Source: Adineta vaga (Eukaryota; Animalia; Rotifera). Taken from it: a DNA stretch of 64,000 nucleotides. The DNA is taken from NCBI GenBank assembly GCA_021613535.1, contig CP075494.1:1984001-2048000 (forward strand). Direction: 5' to 3'. The notes under the pieces are model-generated. The model saw only the letters and a program-made list of their open reading frames with translations. It ran no database searches and had not been told where the DNA came from. Of this stretch, positions 28,040 through 42,214 are shown in pieces (within the stretch, counting starts at the first letter, position 1; each line of letters opens with the position of its first letter). The translations under genes were made by a program, and so were the position numbers.

Positions 28040-29436
28040 CCCAGGGAGAAAAAAAAATGGTGTAATGCCATTAAAATGTCTCTGATTTTACATAATTATA
28101 ATGATGTAAAACAGTCACAAAAAATGCCCAAAAATGCTGCTCTTCATAATCATTAAAATGGTGTCTTTCAAACATGTGAAACTGATTTAACTGAGGAGCG
28201 TAATAATTGTAATTAAATCAACTATTATTTTGTGAATCTTTTACAGCATTATTCTCGTTATTTTGTGGTCGTAATAATTATTTAATTAATGTTCGTAAAA
28301 ACAATTTTTTTAAAACCATTTTCTTTCGTAAAAACCTTTTCAGCTACAAAATCCAAAAAATTCCTGACACACTCTAAAACTATAGTAAACGTCTTGTGAT
28401 AAAGTTGTTAATTCAAGTATGATACATTTTCTAAAGATTCTTATCGAACGAGAAACAAAGCTAGATACCTTAGCAATTCGACTTTTTCTACTGAGCTCTA
28501 CTGTACATATGCATTTTGTTTCAGTTTAAAACAGTAAATCAATATATAGTCGAATATAGTTCTATCTTTGAAATCTCACTTTTCTATTATGTAAAAGCAA
28601 CATAATATAAGCTTCTCAGTTTAGATACTTTAGTCGATGCATAATACGAAATATAATTGTTGAATTATTAATAATAATTAATAAAGCAATAGCACTAAAT
28701 GTGTCGTCTCAATCGTCAGGGAATTCTAAAGGTGTCACTGTTGCTAGAAATACGAATGTTATGCCAAGATTTTCTCTCTTTGGACTTAATCTTCCTTTTA
28801 AAATATCAATCACTGATAATGATGTTGAGGGTGTGTGTGTGGATATATAGGAGGGAGATCCATACTCACACCCACACCCTGCGGACGCATAAGCAAGCAA
28901 GTAGACAATTAAAGTTTGCAAGACTCTTCTCTGAGAGAAAGAGAATAGTTGCATTCATGTATGTTCTGTGAAATAAAATGATTTTATCTGGAGGAATGTC
29001 ATATTAACTGTTGAAGTCTATTTTCGATCTGTCTCGTGTTAGGGATAGAGATCGGTGAAAGATAAAAATTAATATAAACACAGCAAGAAACCATGGCAAT
29101 CATGAAACTCGAAATGACTAGAGTTGGTTGATCCATGTATAAGCAGAATACCTATGTACTGAATAATTTGAGTGTTATACTGAAGATTTAATTTGTGACA
29201 CTTACTATAATGTGTTTTAAAGCGATAGAGCTCCAGAATCTGATTCTTTTTTACGTCATAACTTATTGCGCGAGAATATCATATATTACGAATATTTGCG
29301 TGTTAGATGTCTTTTTAATATTCAAAAATAAAAGAAAAGTTAACATTCTTTTCAAAATTATCTCTTTAAGCACTTTAGCTATCTGCTATTTGTGACAACA
29401 ACACCACGTTTTGGATGACTACCATCTTACTTTCTA

Positions 29437-29685
29437 CTAGAGGGTGAGTAGGAAAAACCATGATCGTGATGTTGGAGTTCATGCTGAAAATGAATTACAA
29501 CATAATTCAAAACTGCTCCGTAATGTAGATACTTACTATATTATATATATTTCTATATGTATACATATACGCCTTTCGTTTAATCGTATATACTGATCAT
29601 GGTCTACCAGAGTGCACAAGGGTCTACGAGCATCGTCATAACCACAACCCCACCCACACCCACACCCACACCCACACCCTTCTAG
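29437..29685. repeat. Telomere-like palindromic element, long variant
   Basis: CTAGAGGGTG...(CCCACA)n CCCTTCTAG. Confidence 0.55.
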
Positions 29686-30187
29686 TCGATCTCAATCTCA
29701 GAAGAGTGAAAATTCGAAATGAATAATGATCGATCAATCGAATCTCTCGACAAAAATAGAATTGAATGTTGCTCTAAACCTACAATCTTGCGCAAAACGT
29801 CATTTCGTCATCGTCTGTCAGAGTGATGGGGAGTTAAAAATAAAATTAACTCGAAAGAGAAAATAAGACTAACGAATCTTCTTAAAAGATTATTTGCCAT
29901 CATATCACCTGTCCACATATGAAACCAATCTTCGGTAATCTCAAATCTAAAATTGATGAGAGACCACATTATTAGTATATGAGAGATAAGTGGTTGAAGG
30001 AAGAAACCCCATAGCGAAAAGAGAAAGTGATTATTATCCTCAATGCAAAGTGAAGAATAACAGCGGTAGTTTTCAATGATATTTTATTCAACGTTTCGAC
30101 TAACTACTCAGTCATCATTAGGAGAAAATCGAACAAATGAAGAAGAAATTCACCATCGAGCTTACACGTGATCGAGAGAAACGACTG

Positions 30188-30279
30188 ATCTTGAGAGTGG
30201 GTGTGGGTCGGTGTGGATGTTTATGTGTGCAAGTCAATATCTCTATTCACCCACATCCACACCCACGCACCATCAAGAT
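30188..30279. repeat. Telomere-like palindromic element
   Basis: ATCTTGAGAGTGGGTGTGGG...CACACCCACGCACCATCAAGAT. Confidence 0.75.
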
Positions 30280-30324
30280 GGAATGCTCAACCGAATCGCG
30301 GACTGTCTCTTAAATGACTTGTGA

Positions 30325-33300
30325 TTATTGTTTGCGACACAGTTGAAAAATCGATTCTTTGAATGTTTTTCGATATATACTCGAAGGAATTACAAATACC
30401 ACAAAGATCAATATCGATGGTGTAAATGATATAAAATAAGCTGATAAATAGACCCATGGATGACGAGAGACATCAATACATCCAGATAATAAAGAGATCA
30501 CCAAGCGCGGTATTGTTAAAAAGAGTATTATCAAAGGACTGATGATAAGTTGTTTATGTTCTTTCCATTGTTCTTGAATATGTTGTTTATAAGTTTGTCT
30601 ATTTTGTGCATTTGCTCGTCGGCGAGCACTTCCAATGATAATATATAAAGCAGAACAAAGATTTGCAATAAATGGACCAAGAAGATGAATAAATAAAATA
30701 GTTGTATTATAATTTTGAAAAGAACGAGAATAAGAAGTCGTACACCAAGACTGTTGATTTGTTACATAGAAATCTATACTAGGTGCCCCTGGTCTATGGA
30801 ATATGTACTCTTCTTTCTTAGTTTCATGAGTAAACACTTGACGATATATAGATTCATGAATAATCGTCGCCATGATACAAAACGGTAAAATGAATATTAT
30901 CCATCGAGCAGCACGTTTACTTTTCATTTTATCAAATTTGATACCTTTATAAACGCTGAATGCACGTTCAATAGCTACACATGTATTCAACCAAGCATCC
31001 CAATAGAAGAAAAATTTAAGAAAAGTTTCAATTAGTTTACAACCTCCTCGTAGAATTGAAAGACGAGTAGATACGTTCATTTGTGTAATAACAACAAACC
31101 AAAACTTAACTGTAAATATCGAAATAGTCAGAAGAGAAGTAATTGATGATGCAAAGAGATACATTCCACAACCAACATTTCGAACACTTTTGTTTTTAAA
31201 AGTTAATAAAGAGCAAATGCTGTTGATTAAACCAGCAACAAACATAATGATTGTAATAGTAGCACTCATTTTGATGGAGACAGGTTGATTACTGATTGTC
31301 ATATTTCGATTAATTTCATTAAATAAAATATCGTCGAGAGTCAGACCAATACTTTTAACTTGAATATTACAAGGACCACCGACATAGCAATAAGTAGAAT
31401 TATCGACTAAACAATTTGTATAGAAATAATAAAATAAATTAGGGAAAAATGTTTCATACTATAGAACTAAATATATCAATCCGTTTTATATTAGAAACTC
31501 CTCTAATCACTATTGATAAATTATATTTGATAATACTTACTAAAACGTTCAAGAGTAACATTCGCTGGACCGACTACCATGACTAAGAATGTTTCTGTCT
31601 CAGGTTTGTCCATACCTGTTACAAGTAATATATATGTAGCGTGAGCTTGAAGAATGAGTGAAAATTCGGGCACGTCGCGTAATTTACAATTGCGACGATA
31701 AACAGATATTAAATTTTCCAATGAGTTGAGTGGGTTGAAATAATTTTCGTAGAGAAAGTAATCAAGAAGTAATCCATCTTCTTTTAAAAAACTATAGTAT
31801 CCATCTGTAGTTACAGTAACCTTGATAGTTTCGTAATTAAAGTCGGAATTACCACAATTTTTAGAATATTTTTGGCTGTTGTTATTTAATTCTGATGCAT
31901 AAGGTGATTGAATAGCTGATGTAGTATCTATTCAAAGGAATCAATCACATGTTGTTGCGTGATGATAAATTAAAATGATATGACAATAGTATAAAATTGA
32001 GAACATATTTACTGATTTCGAAATATCTGAGCATAATCTTTATCTCACTACATCTGACTCATTATTCTTAAATATCATATATTTTAAATCTATTTTGGAC
32101 ATCTAATTAATACAGATATTGAATATTACTTACTAATGGATTGAATACTGATATTATTTGTACCAAATATTTTAATTGAGAGTGTTCTATTAGACAATTG
32201 ACCACATTCTGTCACAACTAATATGTAGGGAATATTGATTATAAGTTTAGCAGTCATTATAACTTTATTATTAGCTGCACAACCGTCAACGCTTTCTGCG
32301 ATCAAGTTTTGAGATGGAATAAACGGATAGAAATCATATGCATACATATGAATCGCTTTCTTACGATAGAAATTGTCAAGAAGAAAAGTATAGTAGCCAG
32401 TTTCATTTACAGTCAGTTGCACAGCTTTAAAATGATGTTCTCTATAGTCACAATTGAGAAGGAAATATGTTGCATCATCATCTGTAAATTTCGATAAATA
32501 GTTTGATTGGATACTTTGTTGAATATCTATATCGAATAGAAATTAAAATAATCAATATTTTGATTCAATAGTGCAGTACGTAAATACAGTCACTCACTTT
32601 TCCGTTCATAAATGACTTTGTTCGAACCAGATATTGTGATTGTGAATGGTCCTATGACTTTTGGATCATAAGTTGTAATAACTAATATGTATGTTGTGTA
32701 AACTAGAAGTTCAAGAGTGAATTTGAATTGTTCTTTCTTGCAACATTTACCATTCCATGCGATTAAATTGTAAGATGGATTGAGTGGATCAAAATAATTT
32801 TTATAAAAATGACCATATGTATCAATGCTACTGTTACAACTAATAATATAGAAAGCATTGTGATCTACTTTGATCTCTATAGCTTCATAATAGTAATCTA
32901 AATTATTGAATATAACACGAGAAAATATTGTATGATTTGTTGTTAATATTGATGAATAAGTCGCTTGAATGGTTGACGAGATATGCGCTAAATGAAGAAG
33001 AAATAACATCTGTTAGATGTTTTCAATACATAACTGTTTTTTTTTCTAGAAAAGTTCTTAATATTGATTTGAATAAACATCATAATGATGAATACTTTTC
33101 GTTGCTATTTTTTGATTAAATTAATTAAAACTACTTTGTTCTCAACGAAATATTTCACTTACGAGAGAACGTTCTGAAGTATTCCCTTCGATTTTTAAAA
33201 TTCGTTCATATTTTGATGCTAACTAGTGAGCTATTAAGAACCCTAAAGAGATGTGTTTATATTGAATTGAGACAAAACTCATCAACATATTAACCATTTT

Positions 33301-35216
33301 GAAAACTTCTGGGGAGACATCAAGCTCAGAAAAAACTTAAGTTTGGTTTTGTATCTTAAATTTTGCTTAAACAGAATTTAATTAGAATGATTTCTATATA
33401 ATATTTAAGAAAATATTCACTTTATGTAGCAAAAGATCAATGTCCACAATAACTTCTCTAAAACTTCTGATTTATTCTATATACATTATGCTAATTAAAT
33501 TCTCTATTTGGACAAATTCGAAATTCGAAATTCAAAATCAACCTTCCGTTTTTTCCGAGTCCGATGTATCCCGGAGAAATTTTCAAAAAGGTTTATAAGT
33601 TGACGACTTGATAGTTCTGTCTAAACTCAATAAGAATGCAAATCCCTTTAATTTAATTGATAGGTCATTATGTATTATCAAAATACGAGAAAACTTTCGA
33701 AATGAGAGAAAACATCTCAAGAACGTCCTTCCTTAGTTGTTTTATACTCGCCACTAGGGCGCTGCAAGTGGACCAGGACGGGTGTGGGCCCGGGCCCGGG
33801 TCTAATAATTTTTTTAACCTCGGGTCCGGGTCTGAGCCCGGGTCCAATAATATCTTTTTCTTCGGGTTCGGGTCCGGGTCCGGGTCTCAGTTAAAAAAGA
33901 TGGACCCGTAACTCCCTAGGGACTTCTTCAAAATTTGGTGAAAAAATTGAATTTTTCAAGCGTCGACTCGATTGATAGTGATTGTTGATATAATATGAAT
34001 GAACAACACGATTTTTGCACAGATCTTCCCCTTCTGGTAACCACTTAAAACTAGCTACGACTTCGTTCCTTTACATTTCTTATACTCAGAGGCTGCTGTA
34101 GATTGAAAAGGAACAACCAGATTTAGACCCGACCCGGTTGGGTCTGGATCTGATTCCATCGGATCTGAGCCTCACCGGGTCCAGAATATGTGGACCCGCA
34201 GCCCCCTACTCACCACAAGATTGTTCCAGTATATCAAATTTTTGAATACGATAATTGAAGTAATCAAGAACAAATATATTTCCATAGGTATCAAAACTAA
34301 AATCTAATGGATCATGTAGTTGGTTAGAAGGTGAACCCCAATCATAACATCCAAGTAAACATCGAAAACCATTCGGTCCTGATCCAATTATACGAAGACC
34401 ATTTTTAATCGAAATGAAAAGATATTTTTCAGCGTCTAATACAACTTCTGTTGGGCAATCAAGTTCAATTGTAATATCTTTCGAATTTTTTCCTACTACT
34501 GTTTTTCCAACTGTTTGTCCAAACGCAAATAGATGAATTCTATCAGCCAGACAATCTGCCACATATAAATCAAAATTTGTATCGACAAAGATTCCTTTGG
34601 GAGCACTTAATATATCATTGGGAAATTTTGCTTGACCTGGACCAACTACTACTGTCACTTTTGTCTCATCATAATTTAAAAGTACTATTAAACATTTCAT
34701 GTGCAAAGTCTTTAAACAATATAAAGCATTATTGATGTCAATAAACATAGCTTGACATGACCATTTGATGATTTTAGTAAAGGTATTCGAACTTGATATC
34801 CATTTAATAATTTGCCGATTAGTACTAATATAAATATCACCAATGTTGGTAACAAACATCGAATATATAAACGAATCCTCATAATCACTGATTGTAATCG
34901 TATCGAATCTATCCTTATACCATGTGAGAATTTTATCTTCATCCTTATGTACAATATAAACTGTGTTATTTTTATCGATAAAGAAAACTCCACGTCGGTA
35001 CCCAATTATTTTCTCATCAACAAAAGTCGTTGCATCCGAATTCCATTTTACATTTGGACAAAATTTTGGTTGATTCAATGAATAAACTATAATGAAATGA
35101 AAATATTCTAACAAAAACAATTTTCATAATAAAAAAATAATTGAATTACCTGATATTTTATTGATTACAATCACAAAGAAAGTAACAATAATATCGAAGT
35201 TCTTCTTTTTTAACAT
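30325..35216 (-). CDS. NHL-repeat plus three about-130-aa repeats plus rhodopsin-like 7TM receptor, 6 exons
   Basis: Signal exon from ATG 35216, NHL exon (LYVADCLADRI, FDTYGNIFVLDYFNYRIQKF), three paralogous exons (YYEAI...GY Y...FDPLNP..NLI...YILVIT), and a final 7TM exon (CVAIERA). Splice phases are compatible where checked. Confidence 0.78.
33755..34208. mobile_element. Non-autonomous hAT-type MITE in an intron
   Basis: Termini TAGGGCGCTGC / GCAGCCCCCTA; 8-bp flanking duplication CTCGCCAC / CTCACCAC (7 of 8); many subterminal GGGTCC/GGACCC motifs. Confidence 0.85.
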
Positions 35217-35940
35217 ATTGGATAAGATTTCTTACTTGATATGAACTATAATGCAACGGTATATATGGTAACTAAAAACTATGATTTATATCTCTCTTTC
35301 TACTTTTTATTGACACGCAAAACATTTCAGAACAACATGCTTTATTTTCTTGGAAAATATTATTAGATTTTTAAAAGATGAATTTGAAAATTAAGTCCTG
35401 ACATTGACCAAAGTCAAGAAAACTGTGTGATATGCAAATATGCTTTATATCAAAACAACAAAGTAATATCGATGCTTAATATGAATATAAAGATTTTTGA
35501 TAAAGCTAAAAGGCTGATTTTTACTTCGTATTTAGATATAATTAAGAGATAGAAGCAGAGAATGAGTGATTATAAAAATGTGTGTAGTTTTTATTAAATC
35601 TTTGAAAGTACTTTGTTCAAGTGAAAGTCATGAATATATAAAAATAAATATATCAACATTGTTTTACTGAATAAAAAACTAACTATACTGAATTATTTCA
35701 GTGGATGAAAAAAAAATAGATTGTAAGTTTTAATGGTAATTGTTTATAGAAATTTAATAAGATAATTTTGAATTTTATACTTTTATCAGCAGTTAAATGG
35801 TTAGAAAACATTAGTCGAATTTTGAATCGATGAATTCTTCATTTCAAACACCATTTTGGATTGAACATGAACAGTATAGTTATTCATCGTTGAATATTAT
35901 ATTAAGAAAGCTTCTGAAATTCGTCTGTGTTCAATTATGA

Positions 35941-36028
35941 ATCTTGAGGGTGGGTATGGGTGTGGTGTGTGTGTGAGTGTGGGTGAGCATGTGGGACTTG
36001 TTAATCAATACACCCACACCCACACCCA
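35941..36028. repeat. Telomere-like palindromic element
   Basis: ATCTTGAGGGTGGG...TGTGGG...CACCCACACCCACACCC. Confidence 0.75.
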
Positions 36029-36668
36029 AATGAGAAGTTTAGGGGTTTAGAACATTTTTGTTATGTACATAAATTTAATATTCCGATTGGAAAGGAAAGG
36101 GGATATATTTGAAAACGGTTAGATACGTTCAGTTCAGTTGTAGAAATATAATTTTCTCAAAATTAGTAACAGTTGCAGATGATTCGAATATTTCCTGTCT
36201 TCAATTGCTCTATATGAGCAGACCATGTATACGATAGATAGTCCTATAGTTTGGTCTCAGCTATATTTTTAAATTTATCCCTTGCGAGTAATAATTGTTA
36301 AACGATCTAGTCACTGTTCATCTGTCTTATCGATTTGTGTTCGTTTCAAATGAAACAATCAATACAATGGCAATCGTTGGTATAATTCGATTGGTTTTAT
36401 TTTGTGATAATTTGTTACATAAAAAAGTTACATAATTACTCATACCATTTATATTATCACTAAAATAGAAAAAAATTAATACATTGGGGATATGGGTATG
36501 AACATATGGTCAAATTATTGACAGCTAGTTGTCTCAGATAACACATTCGATTACAGGCTTATTATATTACTAATCGATGTGTAAAATCCAAATACTGAGA
36601 CTTCGACATAGATTTTATTCCTATTAGAGTAAATAATGTATATTTTACTTATTTTGGAGTTCTTCTTC

Positions 36669-37189
36669 GAAAGTCGAGTTTCGGGCATGAGAATAATTTC
36701 ATCTTCTGATTGATTCGCAGCATATTCACTTATATTTTTACCACGAATGACATTAATAGCAAATACAACTGCCAATTCTCCAACAAACATTTAGGTAACA
36801 TCGAGAGATCTTGTACATGAATTTATATCCAGCCAAACTACAACGTTATTATCAATATAGTCAAAACCAGGAGTATTTGAAATTTCTCTTCAAACAGTTG
36901 TTTGACATGATGGTAATTTCTCAAAAGCTGTGATAAATAATTTCAAATATAATAACCATGTTTTCAATGCATTACGATCCTATGACATCGAAGAATTTCA
37001 TTTAGACGAGAATAGAATGGTACCGGCATTGAATAAAGATAGATTGCTGCTGATTGATCCCATGTTAATGTGGACGTTCTCCAATGGAAGTTCACGCGAA
37101 TCTTGATAATCTTCGATTGAATCACAGTTTGCATCATGCAGTTCAGCTACAACATTATTCACGAAATGATTGTATCTCATAGATGTCAT
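36669..37189 (-). pseudogene. Degenerate ADP-ribosyltransferase gene
   Basis: Pieces RNALKPWLLYLKLFITAFEKLPS, TV*R, INSCTRSL and GKNISEYAANQSEDEIILMP spread over several frames with stops. Confidence 0.75.
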
Positions 37190-37575
37190 TTATTTGCTAA
37201 TTTGATTATCAAGTTCCTATTGATAAATATTCTTATATTTTCAGGTAGATTTAAAAAAACGATAGAAGTGAAACTAAATGAATTTTGATGATAGTATAGT
37301 AAACATATATTCGATGTAATTTTCGTCACCGTTCCAAGAATCAAATGCAGCAAACTTATGTTAAAACGAAACTTGGAAAGGTACAAAAAGACAAATTCTT
37401 CGTATATTTTCCGACTCCAACTAAATTTCCTTTTTTTATATAAAGCTGTAAGCTCCCTCTATAGAGATTAAATTTTGCTAAAGATCAATATCATCCACAC
37501 CGACACTCACGTTTATTGTATAGAAAGCGAATATTTGTACATACAACAAAGTTACAACATAAACAATAATTATGT

Positions 37576-40500
37576 TTAATAGTTTGTATGATCCATTGGA
37601 TGAACGTTGTTGTTGTTATTATTATTGACTTGTTTATATCGAAAAAAGATCCAATGAAAAAAAGCAATAATATAAGGTGAAAGTGTTTTTAAAGCAATCG
37701 TTAAACCTCCGTAAAGTCCTAGAAGAATGACAATAATCTCCAAGAAATTCTTACGTGGATTGAACGAATATGAACAACTTGCTGGTTGACATTGTTTAAA
37801 ATATTGAGCATAACTTGTATCTACTGACCATTGTTTATCAAAAACATTATCAACTAATTGTGATACTGTTCGATTTATTGAATATTTATTATTTAAAGGT
37901 GCAATTAATGGTGTAATTGGTATTTGATTAATATTAATTTGATTTAAACATGTTTGATTATAAAGACAAATAAGAGATGATTGAAAAAGAGAATTAATAG
38001 GTGCACAACCAACAACAAAACCAGGAATTATTTCTCCATTATGAATAACTGGTTCAGTACAATCGGCCGATATAGAACATGAACAATTTCCATGTGAAAT
38101 AGGTTGTAAAGAAATTCCTAATCCAATTAAATTCGGATCAAATTTAATCGATGAATAAATCCAATTTAATGAAAAAATCGTCATCAATTGATTACTATTC
38201 ATTAACTCTTTTGCAAATCCATAAAAAAAACTTTGATCTGATTGACTTGAACTTATTATATATTCAATTGTATCATTAATTTGTGTCATCAATTGTATTT
38301 CAGATAAAACTTGTGCACTAATCAAAGTACTAGAAAGAAAATGTGATACATAATTTGTAATATTTTCTTGAAAGAAATAACATAATGATTGAAGACTTTG
38401 AAAATAAAGTACACCACGTCCATAAAAATCAATTCGACTTAAATTTGTCCAATCACCATTTGCCGATATACTTTCAATCCATTTATGTTCAATAAATGAA
38501 CTTGAACATACTTCATGTAATGTTGTATTTACTTGAACAAATGTTCCATATGATATTGATACATGAGTACAAGGACATTGAAATGATGATATATCTTTTC
38601 TTTGTAAAAGTTCTTCATAAATATATTGTGTTGGATTCGATATTGTTATTGTTGTTGTTGTTGATTGAATAAATGTATTATAAAAAAGTAATGTTAACAT
38701 AGATAATGATAAAAGTATGATATATAATCGTGTAGAATGATATTCTTTTTAATAGTTAATTCAGATGATTTTTGTCGATGATAAAATAAATTTAAATGAA
38801 CAAATTTAGAAGGTAATTCTCGTGTATTATAACGAAATGCATTGAAACATCCTATATAAAAACCAAAAGCTATTAGCACAATTCCTGTCGGATTGAGGAT
38901 GTGGGTGAATAGAAAAACGACTTTTATTTTGATATTAACCTTTTCGATGTGTAATAAACCAATTTCCTAATTGAACAATTAGTGGAATACTTAGTTTTAA
39001 TACAACATTTAAACCACCAAAAAGACCAATTAAAATAGTTATAACAATAAGAATATTTCTTCGTTCAGTAATTGAATAAGTACAATATTGAGGAATACAT
39101 TCTGTGTAATATGAATTAAATGAAATATTTTTCGACCAATTATCAAGCATTAAATGTTCAATAATAGTTGATAATGATGTTGAAGATTCAAATCGACTAG
39201 ATATTGAATTATTTAGTAAAGTTGGTAATCCAGAAAGAAAATAAGTTCGATTTTGCCAATATTTAATAACCTAAAAATAAATTCTATTATTACATTGTTT
39301 TTCTCTAAATTTCATACCGTTTGATAACAATCTGATGAATACCAACAAGCAAGATTTGATTGAAAAAGTGTTTCCATTGAACTACATGCAATATGTATAC
39401 CTTCAATTTTAAAATCTATATCAAATGATTGAGTTAGTGAATTGTATAAATAGAAAGCTGCATCATCTGAACATGATGTTGGATTAGATAAACATGAACA
39501 ATTTGAAAAGAATTGAAGAGGTAAAACTTGTATTTGACTACCAGATATTGTTTGTCTAATGGGTAATTTATATGTTAGAGTTGATGTTGCTGACATAAGT
39601 TGAGTTATACCGATCATTTCACGCATTTGTTTAATACCACGAGCAAAATAAAGTTGAACATCATTTATAAAGAAATCAGCTAATTGTGTTGCTTGAATTT
39701 CGAATGTGTCACGAGTAAGAAGTTTATTATTAATAAAAAGATTTGTTTGAAATGCTAATAATTGATTATAAAAGACAAGTTGAGAAAGTCGACAAAATGT
39801 TGTTAACCATTGAAAATATTCAACACTTAATAATATAAAATCAGCTGAATAATAAATATCATTTCTTATAAATGCTAATTGTGAAAAAAATGTTGGATCA
39901 ACAAATGAACTTGTACATATTTGATGATAACTTGCTTGAAAAGAGATAATTTTCGAATATGGTATTGATATTTTAGTACAAATACATTGAAGTGTATCTG
40001 AATATGTTTGATAAAGTTTTTCATAAGTTTCTAAAGATGGATTTTGAACTGTATAAACAATTGTTTCTTCCGTAATAACAGTATAACAAAGAAGTGCTAT
40101 AAAAGTAATTATAATTACGAAAATATATAGACGAGTTGTATGACGTTCATATTTTTGTTTGATAATATCATTGGATTTTGAATCAAATAAGTTAAGCATT
40201 TTTATTTTTAACCAAAACCAAAGAAATTTCTTTTTTATTTTATTCATTTTCGATCTTTCTTCATAACAAATAACAACAGGACGTTGATGAGAAACTTGAT
40301 TTCGTACAATTAATTGATCAATTAGTCGAACTATGGATGGAATAAATATTCTTAATCCAGTATTTAAACCACCAATTAAAGCAATAATTGTTGTTAAAAT
40401 AATCAAGATATGATTTCGTTGATTATATGAATATTCACATGTTAATGGAGCACATTCAGTAAAATACTTCTCATACGAACTATTTACTAACCATTGTTCT

Positions 40501-41599
40501 ACCATTAATTCATTGAGAAGAGTTTCAATAGTTGTTGATTGAAGAAAACGAGTTGTTAATATTGTTGATAAAGGTTGAAATGATTGATTAGTTGATATAA
40601 GAAGTTCAATACAAGTTAAATTATAATAACATTCTAATGTTGAACCAAGAACACTTTCTAAAGGATAACAACCTGGTTGAATACCTTGAATTGGAATGGA
40701 ATAACTTGTAAGACTTTCTAAATTATAATAACCAAATGTTGGAAGTCGTGGAATTGTATATATTGCACCTGGCATTGCACAATTATCCATTGTTACACAA
40801 TAACAAGGACTTGTCGAACTATTTAATTGATAAATATTAATACCAATATTTGCTGTTAAAGAATCATTGGATTTTATCATTAAATAACTATTTGTACCAA
40901 GACCATTCATTAGACGACTACCTGTCAAGACAAGACGAAGAAAACTAATTAAAACAGATAAATGCCATTGGCCTGCTGATCGTACAGATTCGTATTGAAT
41001 ATTAACTTGTAATTGTACTAAAGCTCGAGAAAGAATTTCTGCACTAACTAATGATGAAGAAAGAACATTGGATAATGCATAATCAATTCCTTTTTGAGCA
41101 TTTTTACAAAATGACCGAAGAAATTGTGCATGAGCACTAAGAATTCTTCGAACATCCATTGGCCACAAATTAAATATATCAGTTGGAAATGTTGATGAAA
41201 TCCAATCATCATTAATAAATACACTTGAACATATCTATTAAATGATTTTTTTTTAAATTGTTACTATATGATCCTTATTACCTGATGATAGATCGGTTGC
41301 ATATGAATAAAACGTTCATATTTAACAGCAATTTGTGAACAAGGACATTTTAATACATTTGCATAATTCATTTGAAGTTTTTCAAATGTTTCTACTGAAG
41401 GTGATTTGATAGTAACATGAATTGTTTCTATTTGAAAAGCTGTATATATAACTAATATGAAAATAGCTATAATAAGTAAAACGAGATAAATACGAGTTGA
41501 CCAACGTTCTTGTCTGAGAATTTTCGTTTCAGTTAATCCACTTTTAAAAAGATTTAAATTGATCAAACCATCTCGTATTTGAGAACATAATGATCCCAT
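37576..41599 (-). CDS. Large membrane protein of three tandem TM / Cys-rich ectodomain / TM units; 1-nt frameshift near 38748
   Basis: Three repeats of LNLF..TRxY-TM1-NPS..CxC..H..C.S.F...GC..ES...L.C.Y...C...W...Y...C.P..C.Y-TM2(LxGGL). Confidence 0.8.
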
Positions 41600-42214
41600 T
41601 ATACAAAAATATCTTCAGCCGATAACAGTCTTGTTTATCAATTATTGTATGATAGAATTACTATTAGAAATACAACATTTATATAGAAGAAGATGAGGCG
41701 GAGGCGGCTCATGGAAAGTTCTCAAATGAATAGTAACGTTTGAATTTATTTCGGTCATACTTTGTTGACAGTGCGTGATATTTAATATAGTTAATAGTAC
41801 TTTTTTTTTCTGAAAAGCGCTCTATACTATATATAAAGAAAGTGTATTGAACAACGTCAGATTTCATCATTGTTGTGTAATTTACTTTAGAAATCCAAGT
41901 AGCAAGTTAAATTTAATCTTGATTAAACTGTAAATGTACAAATATGAATCTTTGGTTTATAACATAAATCATTTTACAGTGAAGAAAATAACAAATGTAT
42001 ATCCTACGTCTTGAATGAGAAGTCAGGAAAGAGAAATAATTTACGAAAAAGTCAGGTTTGAAACAGACTGTGACGAGTGATGGAAGTTAGTAAAATCATA
42101 CAACAATAACTTTCAACAACTATATTGAATGTTTGTTTATCAACAAAGAACAGAACAGTGACAATAACTATTCTAATCAGCAACCGTTATGTCAGGAACA
42201 TATTTAAATAGACC

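Noticed and set aside
33657-33911. GPGPGS-rich ORF
   Set aside because: Translation of the GGGTCC subterminal repeats of the hAT MITE.
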